DNA of 64,000 nt from Octopus sinensis. Taxonomy: Eukaryota. This document shows, piece by piece, positions 26,915 through 37,388 of this stretch. Numbering within the stretch: position 1 is the first letter of the stretch; each line of letters opens with the position of its first letter. The notes under the pieces are model-generated. The model was not told the origin of the DNA. It saw only the letters and a list, made by a program, of their open reading frames with translations, and did no database searches. Location: contig NC_043000.1 of the NCBI RefSeq assembly GCF_006345805.1, positions 34,348,001-34,412,000 of the forward strand, in the 5' to 3' direction. The position numbers and the translations under genes are program-made.

Positions 26915-26920
26915 GATATA
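25847..26920 (-). mobile_element. probable non-autonomous Helitron (~1 kb)
   Basis: Minus-strand 3' end CCGGGCAACGCCGGG...CTGCTAG, like 16940-17308; 5' end approximate within a TA tract. Confidence 0.55.
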
Positions 26921-27205
26921 GATACACACACACACTAAGATAAATTGATAGATACAACTGAGTGGGCAAACAAAAATATGAGACACAGCCTAGTGCTTTT
27001 TTATGTTGATAAGACTATTACTTATTCTATTAGTTTGTTCTTGTGAAACCAGTAAGTTTTGTGGATGTAAATAAATGAACAGCAGTTGTGAAGCAGTGAT
27101 GAGGGCGAACCACAGACACAATGACACACACATACACTTACATATGTACATATATATATATACGATTGATTTGTTTCAGTTCCTGTCTACGAAATCCATA
27201 TATAT

Positions 27206-29932
27206 TGTTATTGGCATCCTTTTTGTCTCGGGAGACAATGGAGTTGCGCATAAAATAATCTAGTCCGGCTTTTACAGCTCATGTCCTAATACATCTCCTG
27301 CTGTGGATGTGTAGTTCTATCCTGGACAAACACTCCCTCTGGCAGGTGCCGCAATGTTGCGAAGACTTTGTCTGGCTGGTTGTAATGTCATATTTTCTTG
27401 TTGACGTCTTTTCTTGTCTTTCCATTTCTCCTCTCTCTCAATGTCACTCCTTTGTGTTCCCTCTTTTACGGTACGTCACCAATCTCCACGGTTGATGGCA
27501 ACTGCTTCCCAGTTGGTAATATTGATGTTGCAGGCATTCATGTCCCTTTTGCAAACATCATTGTATCGTAAGAACGGTCTTCCCACAGACCTAGTGCCCC
27601 TAGCAAGCTCTCCGTTGAGTATGTCCTTGGGGATTCTGCCATCTTCCATAGGGCTAACATGTCCAAGCTATCTCATACGTCTTTGTGTGAGGAGTGTAAA
27701 CATGCTTGGTATTCCTGCTTGCTTGAGGACATCTTTGTTGGGGACATGATTCTGCCATTTGATGCGAAGGATTTTCCGGAGGCAGCGCAGGTGAAAGATA
27801 TTTAGGTGACGTATGACGTCGTATGGCGTGTGTATAGCGTCCAAGTCTCACTTCCATACAGTAGGGTGCTAAGTACACATGCCTGGTAAATCTTCATTTT
27901 TGTGGTCTTGGTCAGCTTATTGTTGTCCCATGCCCGTTTGGAGAGTTGGGCCATCACAGCAGCTGCCTTGCCAATGCGTATATTGAGCTCAGTATCAAGG
28001 GATAGGTTGTAGGTGACGGTAGAGCCAAGATAGGTAAACTTCTCCACCACCTGTAGTCTGTAGTCTCCAATATGTATGTTTGGGATGGTCGATGTAGCCT
28101 GACCCATGATGTTGGTCTTCTTGAGGCTGATAACTAAGCCAAAGTTGCCACATGCTTGCTCAAAACAGTTGATGAGCCTTTGTAGGGCTTCTTCTGTGTG
28201 TGATACCAGAGCGGCATCATCAGAAAATAAGCATCTCCTTGATCAGGACGCTTCTGATTTTGGTCTTGGCACGCAGACGCGAGAGATTGAACAGTTTCCC
28301 ATCACTTCTACTGTGCAGAAACACTCCATCATCTGATGTCACAAAGGCATGTGACACCAGCAGCGAGAAGATTCCAAATAATGTAGGAGCAAGGACACAA
28401 CCTTGCTTTACCCCATTTTTTATTTGGAAGGCGGCTGATGTTGAACCATTGTGCTGTATGGTGCCTTGCATATCATCATGGAAAGATGTGATGGCCCTCA
28501 GCAACTTTGGTGGACATCCGATTTTTTGGAGCAGGATGAAGAGGCCTTTTCTACTTACCAAGTCAAAGGCCTTTGTCAGATCAATAAAGGCCATATATAA
28601 TGGCATTTTCTGCTCTCTGGACTTCTCCTGAAGTTGGCGTATGGAGAATATCATGTCAATAGTTGATCTGCTTCTTCTAAAGCCACACTGCGATTCTGGA
28701 TAAATTCGAGAAGTAAGCAGTTGCAGCCTGGACAGGATAATGCGAGCAGAGGCCTCTCCAATAGTGCTTAGAAGAGATATTCCACGGTAATTGTTACAAT
28801 CACCACGGTCACCTTTGTTTTTGTAAAGCGTAATGATGTTAGCATCCCGCATATCCTGAGGGACTGTACCCTCTTCTCAGCACTGACACAGAAGCTCATG
28901 AATGTGCCGAAGTAGGATGGTGTTTTTGCCGGTTTTGATGATCTCTAAGGGGATGCCGTCTTTTCCCGGAGCCTTGTTACTTGCTAGGGAGTCAATAGCC
29001 TTGGTGAGCCCTGCTATGGATGGCAGACTGTCAAGTTCACACATGACTGGCAAGATCTTGACACCCTTGATTACAGCCTCAGCTACCGTGGTCTCTCGTG
29101 AGTAGAGATCCTCGTAGTACTCCACCCATCTATACATTTGCTTGCTTTGGTCCTTGATGAGATCCCCAGTAGTTGATTTTAGAGGGGCTGACTTGGTTGC
29201 GGATGGACCAAGGGGCTTCTTCAAACCGGCATACATCCCACGGGTATCGCCACTGCCAGCAACTGACTGGATACTCTGACAGATTTCCTGCCAATACCTA
29301 TTTGAACAGCGTCTGACAGTCAGTTGGGTTTTATTTCTTGCCTTTCTAAGTTCTTCGAGTGACTTTATAGAAGAATCACTCTTGTATTACATCAGAGCTG
29401 CACGCTTTGTTTCGATAACTGTTTCCAGCTCTGAGAGCCCAGCAATGAACAAAATCTGGGTTTTGCCTTTCTCTCATGCCGAAAGTATCTATTGATGTGG
29501 TATACAAAGCTTCCCTCATATAATTCCACCTACTTTCAGCTGTGGTGGTTGGGCAGCTACTGAGAGCAACTTTGATAGAAACAGCAAAACATTGTCGCAG
29601 TGTAGGTTCGGGGGATTCTGGCAGTGTTAATGCGTGGTCGGCCCATTTTCTTGGAGTGATGGACTTTTTTTAGGCAGAATCCTCACCCTGCTTCTTATTA
29701 GTGAATGATCTGTGTCACAATCCGCGCTGTGGTAACTACGAGTCAGTTGAACAGAATTCAGAAAGGGTCTTCGTGTAATGATGAGATCCAGCTGATGCCA
29801 GAGGTGAGATCTTGGATGTCTCCAAGATGCCTTGTGGGATGTCTTGTTGGCAAAGAATGTGTTAGTTATGCACAAGTATGTGCAAAATTCAAGTAGTCTC
29901 TGGCCATTGTCATTCATGTTGCCAATACCAAA
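27206..29932 (-). mobile_element. 5'-truncated RTE-clade LINE (APE end plus RT), degenerate
   Basis: NDNGQRLLEFC, SWRHPRS, SADCDTDHSL, KAPGKDGIP, NYRGISLLS, FIDLTKAFDLV, GVKQGCVLAPTLF, FTYLGS, LLYGSETW. Confidence 0.93.
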
Positions 29933-30002
29933 ACACATACACTTACATATATACATACATATATATATACGATCGATTTGTTTCAGTTCCTGTCTACGAA
30001 AT

Positions 30003-30083
<81 letters not shown>

Positions 30084-30866
30084 ATATACATATATGCATA
30101 CACACACATACATACATATATATTGGGAATTTACAAAAGAAACGAACAAAAGACGAAGACGGGTGTGTAAACAGCAAACAGGTTTATTAGTTTAACGCTC
30201 CGGACTTAGGAAAATTTATATAGGGAGTACTAATGATTTTAAAATTAGATATAGGGGACACAAGAATTCATTTATTCACCCCTATATAAAAAATTACAGA
30301 CATTTTAGTATGTTGTAAGCATACATATTTAGCGTCTTATAATTTTCTTAAACTTTAAAATATAATTTTTTAGAATATAAAAGCTTTTTGAAAATACGGT
30401 CCAATTAGATCCAATGAACACTTATGCACAAACCTGTAATCTTAAATAATTTTTTTTATAGTAGTATCAGTACAGAATGAAACCTTCCCATTGGCTATTA
30501 TTTGCATGATTAACTAAAGTTAACCTTTCAATGAATTTCATTTCTTATTTAAACGCGGTCATCCTCTTGAAAATCTGCTGAACCTCATATCGATACTCAA
30601 AAACTGAACTTTCACCAACTGAATACTCGTCATGTAGTGCATTGAACAGTCGTGTTTTTTTGCGTTTATTGTAAGTTGATATATTTTTGCTGTCGTATTA
30701 TTATCTCTGTTATTCTCTACTGTTTGTCTACCTGTTTTGTATATTGCTGTCTAACTGCCGAAGTCAGCCTTCGCGCGAGGACTTCGCGTTGGTGTTCCCC
30801 CCTCCGTGGGGGAAAAATATCAATTATCTTGAAGTTACCAAGGGCTTGTGAAGCCAACTGTTCAAG

Positions 30867-32190
30867 ATGGAGTCCCCCTTCTCTGATTCTCCCGTGACGA
30901 GTGAAGAGGAGTATCCGGCGATGTCGCCAAGGAAAAAAGAGGCGGTGTCGCCAAAGAAAAAAGAGGCGACGTCACCAAAGAAAAAGGAAAACCCAGCACC
31001 AGCACCAGCTCCAGCGAAAAAATTCTCTGAAGTGGCCGGTAAAAAGATTAAAAAAATAAATATGGAAGATTTGGAAAAATATGCGGACTGTGTAAAAAAA
31101 GAGGGCACGGAAGTGACAGTGGTCACAAACGTCCAAAAACACGACGAAATAGAAAAAAAAAGAATAATTTATAAGACATTTAACACGACGACAAAAATGA
31201 TCGAAAAAATTGAAGAAAAAAAAATAGAGAACTGTCTTAAACCATTAATGGACAAAATAACTTACACTAACAGAGGAAAGAGATACGGCACAGTGGAGGT
31301 GCGTTTCACTACAGAGGAGATAGCGAGAAAACTATCTATGGAACCGATTAAAGCGGAGAACATTGTTCTCCTCCCCTTGTATAAAGGGAAAAGAACATCG
31401 ATAATTACGATGAACAACATTCCCCCAGAGGCAGGTGCCGAATGTCTGGTGGCAGCAGTGATGGTAGGCCTGGAGGAAAAAATAAACATCCTCCAGGCCA
31501 CAGTGGAGGAAGAGGAATTTTGGAAAGGACAGAAAATAGTAATAGCCATTCAGGCGGAAGTTCAAACACTGGAGGAAATTCCAGAAACTTTAAAAATAAG
31601 TGAGGAAGAGAGAATAACAGTTTTCGTGGAGGGCAGAAAGCCGAGGTGCTTCGGCTGCGGCAAGAAGGGTCATGTAAGGGCGGAATGCCAACCCCAACCC
31701 AAACCGCAGGAAGCACCTCAGCCAGGTGAAAAAGAAGATAAAGTGTCACCAGAAGCAGTGAAAAAGGCAGCAGAACCAGCGGCGGAGGAAAATAAGAGCG
31801 AGGAAAAGAAAAATGAGGAGGGGTGGGCAAAAATCACCAGAAAAAAAAAAAAGAAAAACGGAAACCACCCCTCCCAGAGTGAACTTAAAAAAGAAAAGAG
31901 AGTCGATGAACTCGTATATGGCCGTTAAGGCATCAAATAACAGACTTGGAAACGTATTGGCAGCTATGGCCAAAGTGGAGAGAATAGGGAAAAAGAACGA
32001 CTATGTAGTTTACAGGATAGGCCGGAAGGATTACGGACGGATAAAATCCGAATTCTTCCATGACGTAGGCCCACTTAGAATGGATGTGACATCTCCACAT
32101 ATATTCGAGGGCCTACGTCAGACTCCCCCACGAGGCCCTGAAAAAGAGTTAAACAAAGAAGAGAAAGAGAAAACCGAACCACTGATATAA
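30867..32190 (+). pseudogene. Tx1 ORF1 (RRM-like region plus CCHC zinc knuckle), frameshift in A-run near 31850
   Basis: RCFGCGKKGHVRAECQP knuckle; ORFs 30867-31928 and 31813-32190 together align with the intact ORF1 of copy 2. Confidence 0.88.
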
Positions 32191-32199
32191 GGGTAAGTA

Positions 32200-35100
32200 A
32201 TGGATTACATTTATGTTGGTTGTTTGAATGTGCGCGGCCTGGGAGCAGGCTGGAAGCAAGGTCGCTTCCTGCATGATATCAGGTCGCGTAATTTAGATGT
32301 TATTGTTGCTACAGAAACCTGGTTAGAGGGGCCAAGAGGTCTTCTCCCGCTGTTTGACGGCTACGAGAGTTTTTTCTCTCCTGGCAGTCCTACAGGCGGG
32401 AAAGGGGTGTTGGTCCTATTAAAAAGAAACCGGGTTTCTGAGAAAAAGTTAATTTTTGCAGATCCAGAAGGTAGGCTGGTCGTCATGGATTTGCCGTTCA
32501 GTAATGGTAAAGTTATCAGACTGGTTGCAATTTACGCACCCAACAGTAAAAAAGGGCAAAGTGATTATTTTCGTGATCTAGAAAAATTTCTTGGTACTTC
32601 GCATTCATTAGTGGTGCTAGGAGACTTTAACACAATTTGCAAAGCGGATGTAGATTGTGTTGGCTCGTGTCCAGATAGGAGAGGTAACAGTGGCTTCATG
32701 GAACTGCTAAGCCGCTTTGAGCTAGCAGATCCGTATAGGCTGGAATTTCCGAACGCTCCATTGTGGACATGGTCAAACAGCGACGGATCTTCCAGGTCAT
32801 ATATAGATAGAATTCTAATTAGAAAAGTAGACAGTAAAATAGCTAAGTGTCTACAGTTTTACCCGATCAGCTACAGTGATCATAAAATGGTCACTTGTAA
32901 GCTTGACATAGATAAGGTTAGAAATAGAGGATCCGGTTACTGGAAACTTAATACGTCCCTTTTGGCGATTAAGGAGTACAAAGACCGGATTAGGAACATA
33001 ATTCAGAGGGCACTATCCGGTACCATCATTAATAACAAATGGTGGTACGCCCTCAAACGAGCCATCAAGTTTGAGTCTATTAGATATAGCATAGGAGTAG
33101 TGGCTAGAGAGGCTAGAGGGGATAATACTCTAGTTAAGGAATTAGAGGAAGCCATGAAAACTGGCTCTGCGGCTCAGGTGGCGTCCAAGAGACTGGTGTT
33201 AAACCAGCACCTCGAGGCCAAACACATGGGCTGCATTGTCAGGGCTAGAATCCGTCATATGGGATGTGAAGGAATCAACGCCGTGAGATGGGCCCGAGTG
33301 GTGGAAGCTCAGCATGGTAACGGTTCCACGATTCGATCTTTGACGAACCAACAAGGTGAGTTGATAAACGAACCCGAGGAGATGTGTGAGGCCTTTCAGG
33401 AGCACTTCGCTCAGCTTTTCGGTGAGTGCGGCGGACTGGATAGGAGGAGGGCCTTTACGGACCTACTCGACGGGCTGCCGCGCTTATCGGGGCGAGATGC
33501 GGAGGGCTGTGAAGGGCCAATCACGCCTGATGAGGTGGTTGAGGCAATGGCGGACTGCGGCGCGGGCAAGGCGCCGGGTTTGGATGGTCTACCCTATGAG
33601 TTATATAAGAGTATGCCAGACTTGTTCGGGCACCTACTGGCGGAGGTCTATGCGAACTGGCAGCAGAACGGGCTCATACCCAGATCTGTGCGCCGGGGAG
33701 TAGTGACTCTCGTCAGAAAGGACCCGAGCAAGGGGGAGTGCATTGATAATTTCAGGCCCATCACTCTGCTAAACACAGAGTTGAAGATTTTGGCCAAAGT
33801 GTTATCGAAAAGATTGGCGCGTGTCGCGGATGGTCTGATCGGAGAGGCACAGACATGTGCCCTTCCGGGCAGATCCATTCAGGATAATCTCCATCTAATG
33901 CGGTACACTATAGAGGGGTTTAATATGATTCTGGCAAGGGTGGGGTACTGGTCCATTTAGACCAATCTAAAGCTTTGATAGGGTCGACCATCGTTACCTG
34001 GTATCTGCCCTGGCACAGTTCGGGCTGAGCCTTGGCTTCCTCAGGTGGATTATCCAAATGTATGATAACATCGACTCGGTAGTTCGGGTGAACGGCTTCT
34101 TGTCGAAGCCGTTCAAAATCAAACGCTCGGTTCGTCAAGGGTGTCCGCTCTCCCCGCTTTTGTACGTGATGGCTCTAGAGCCATTACTGCGAAAACTGAG
34201 CGGCATCCCGAGACAGCCGGGTAATGGAAAATCAGTGTCAGCGTACGCGGATGACATCACCATCATCGTAACCGAAATGGACCACCTATGTAAAGTAGGC
34301 AAGGCCATAGAGGTTTACGAGACGGTGACAGGAGCAAAAGTTAATCGCGAAAAGTCAGTCGGCTTGCAACTCGGCACCTGGAGAGGCAAGTCGATGCCTC
34401 CTGACAGCGTCGTGGGACGTTGGACGGAGGGTCCGATTAAACTGCTAGGGGTCTGGTTCGGTCCAGACCTCCAAATAGAGAAGAATTGGGGCGAGGTAAC
34501 GAGCAAGGTGGCTGCAGTAGCCAAGACCTGGTCTTGGCGGTGGCTATCCTTGAAAGGGAGGGCGGAGGTGGCCAATGTGTTTATCGCATCGGTTATCACC
34601 TACCGCCTTTCCGTCGTTCCTTGCCCCGATTCGTGGTTGACCAAGTTGGAAAGACAGCTCTTCTACTTCTTGTGGAAGGGTAGGAAACCACTTGTGAAAC
34701 GCTCTACTTGCTGTCAACAACCGTTAAAGGGTGGGCTAGGGATGCCTTGGCTGATGATGCGCAGACATGCGCTGAGGTTAAGACATCTGTGGCTCTACCT
34801 GGATGGTGAACGGGTGTGGTCTCCGTTAGCAAAACTGATGTTTCCCAAGTTCACTAGTTTCGGTGGATGGGAAACCTGGCTGAATCGTAGATCGAAACTC
34901 GGTACTTGGTACACGGAGTGTCGCAAGGCTCTCCTGCTATTCCGTCGCTCGGGCAACGCCTGCGGTGGGGGTTCCACCACATTCTTCTATAGAGGGTTGG
35001 TAGAGGCTGAATGTGAAGATACCTTGGGGGAAACCCTAGGTCTCGACGATAATCAGCTGGCCAGTCTGTTCCGACGTACGTTCAAGCCGAGGACACTGGA

Positions 35101-35596
35101 CAACTTCCAGAAGTCTCTGGCATGGCAATGCTACAGAGGAGCTCTACCTGTTCGGGATAAACTCGCAAGGCACGGTGGCCGAGACAGTCCGATATGTCCA
35201 AGATTCGGGCGGGATAGGGAAACCGTCCCGCACGCTATTGTTCATTGTCCGGACGTGTCTGAGGTGTGGGTTTATGCCGAACAGCTGTTGTCAGGTACAC
35301 GAAGAGTACAGCTGTCGACTGAGTCGATTACAAAAATTGACCCACCGGATTTCCTCGTGAATGAAGGTAAGTTTCGTTTTCTCGTTGTAGTAGCAATTGC
35401 GAAAGAGGTGATATGGAAGACGAGAGTGAAAGGTTTACAGTCAGGCAAGTTCATCTCTGGCCCTGGTTTGATGAATTATTTCATCTTCCACCTGAAAAGG
35501 AAGATAGGGCTGGAGAGAATATGCCTGACTAGGAGAGTGTATGAAGAACGATGGAAAGATGTGGCACGGAAGTTGCGAGTGAAAGATACAACATAA
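32200..35596 (+). pseudogene. Tx1 ORF2 (APE, RT, C-terminal zinc finger) with two 1-bp deletions near 33924 and 33973
   Basis: Colinear with copy 2 ORF2; CPRC changed to CPRF in the zinc finger. Confidence 0.92.
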
Positions 35597-36062
35597 ATGT
35601 AATACCAAGCGCAACCAAAAGTATCAGTGGGGAGGCGGGGCTCGTGGGGTCCGAGCTAAACCCGCACCCACTCCATCTGTAATGTCTTCCGGTCTATTCC
35701 ATCATTCGATTTGTGTATATTCTTGTAATTTCATGTTATTTTTAAATCCGATTTTTTGTAAAAACCATCCGTATGTCTGACCCCACATCAGATTGTATTG
35801 TCCCCTCTATGTTCGCCCCTTGTGGGTAGTAATAAAATCAACTGAATACTCGTCATAGTGTATAGTGAGTTATTATATTTTTGCCTTGTGTATATTTTCT
35901 CTGTTGTGATCTACTGTGTGTCTAGCTGTCTTTCTGTATTGTTGTACAACTATTGAAGTCGGCCTTCGTGCGAGGGCTTCGTGTTGGTGTTCCCCCCTCC
36001 GTGGGGGAAAAACTATCATTATCTTGGTTGTGCCAAGGACTTGTTAAAGCCAGTTATCGGAG

Positions 36063-37379
36063 ATGGAATCCCCCATCTCATATTCACCTGTGACTAGTGA
36101 TGCAGGATCACCGGCGGTGTCGCCAAAGAAAAAAGAGGCGGGGTCGCCAAAGAAAAAAGATATTCCAGCACCAGCGAAAACATTTTCGGAAGTAGCTGGT
36201 AAAAAAATTAAAAAAATTAATGTCGAAAACCTAAAGAAACATGCGGACTGTGTGTCAAAAGAGGGCACGGAAGTAACCGTGGCTTCAAACGCCCAAAAAC
36301 AGGAAGAAATTACAAATAGAAGAATAATTTATAAGACCTTCAATACAACAAGCAGATCAATACAAAAAATAGAGGAGAAAAAAATCGAAAATTGCTTAAA
36401 GCCGATAATGGATAAAATCACATACATCAATCGAGGGAAGAAATACGGCACAGTGGAGGTGAGATTCACAACAGAGGAGGTAGCTAAGAAGCTATCCATG
36501 GAACCAATAAAAGCGGAGGATATTGTTCTCCTACCCCTGTATAAAGGCAAAAGAACATCAAAGATCACAATGAATAATATTCCGCCAGAAGCGGATGCCG
36601 AAGTTCTGGTGGCAGCAGTTATGGTAGGCCTGGAGGAAAAAATAAACATCCTCCAGGCCACTGTAGAGGAGGAAGAATTCTGGAAAGGGCAACGGATAAT
36701 AATAGCCATCCAGGCAGAAATACAAACCCTGGAGGAGATTCCAGAGACTCTAAAAATAAGCGAAGAAGATAGAGTCACAGTCTTCGTAGAGGGCAGAAAG
36801 CCGAGGTGCTTCGGCTGCGGTAAGAAAGGGCATGTAAGGGCAGAATGCCAACCCAAACCGCAAGAAGCAGCTAAGCCAAGTGGAAAAGCAGAAGAGGTGT
36901 CATCAGAAACAGCGCTGGTCGGCCCAGGAGGGACGGTTGAAGGTGTGGAGGTGACAGAGGCAGCGGAACCAGCGGCGGAGGCAAAAAAGAGCGAGGAAAC
37001 GAAAAAGGAGGAGGGGTGGTCAAAAATCACTAGAAAAAAAAGAAAAACTGAAACCACCCCTCCCAAAGTAAATCAAAAGAAGAAAAGAGAGTCGTTGAAC
37101 TCATTTATGGCCGTTAAGGCCACGAACAATAGACTCGGTAATGTGTTGGCAGCGATGGCCAAAGTAGAAAAAATAGGGAGGAAAAATGACTATGTATTGT
37201 ACAGAATAGGCCGGAAGGATTACGGACGGATAAAGTCCGAATTTTTTCATGACGTAGGCCCGCTCAGAATGGATATAACATCTCCATATATATTCGAGGT
37301 CCTGCGTCAGACTCCCCCACGAGGCACAGAAAAAGAGACAAACAAAGAAGAAAAAGAAAAAACCGAACCACTGATATAA
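36063..37379 (+). CDS. Tx1 ORF1 protein, 438 aa nucleic-acid-binding protein with CCHC knuckle
   Basis: Open ORF; YGTVEVRF RRM-like strand; CxxCxxxGHxxxxC. Confidence 0.9.
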   Translation: MESPISYSPVTSDAGSPAVSPKKKEAGSPKKKDIPAPAKTFSEVAGKKIKKINVENLKKHADCVSKEGTEVTVASNAQKQEEITNRRIIYKTFNTTSRSIQKIEEKKIENCLKPIMDKITYINRGKKYGTVEVRFTTEEVAKKLSMEPIKAEDIVLLPLYKGKRTSKITMNNIPPEADAEVLVAAVMVGLEEKINILQATVEEEEFWKGQRIIIAIQAEIQTLEEIPETLKISEEDRVTVFVEGRKPRCFGCGKKGHVRAECQPKPQEAAKPSGKAEEVSSETALVGPGGTVEGVEVTEAAEPAAEAKKSEETKKEEGWSKITRKKRKTETTPPKVNQKKKRESLNSFMAVKATNNRLGNVLAAMAKVEKIGRKNDYVLYRIGRKDYGRIKSEFFHDVGPLRMDITSPYIFEVLRQTPPRGTEKETNKEEKEKTEPLI

Positions 37380-37388
37380 GGGTAAGTA

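Larger units (their letters stand above)
30629..35838 (+). mobile_element. full-length L1/Tx1-clade non-LTR retrotransposon, copy 1 (frameshifted)
   Basis: 5'UTR, ORF1, ORF2 and 3'UTR ending AATAAAAT; flanked by CAACTGAATACTC at 30616-30628 and 35839-35851. Confidence 0.95.

Noticed and set aside
31840-33975. Programmed frameshifting in Tx1 copy 1
   Set aside because: Copy 2 is open at the same positions; these are single-base indels, either mutations or sequencing errors
36329-37066. 245-aa antisense ORF within Tx1 ORF1
   Set aside because: Not preserved at full length in copy 1; expected from the codon bias of the sense ORF
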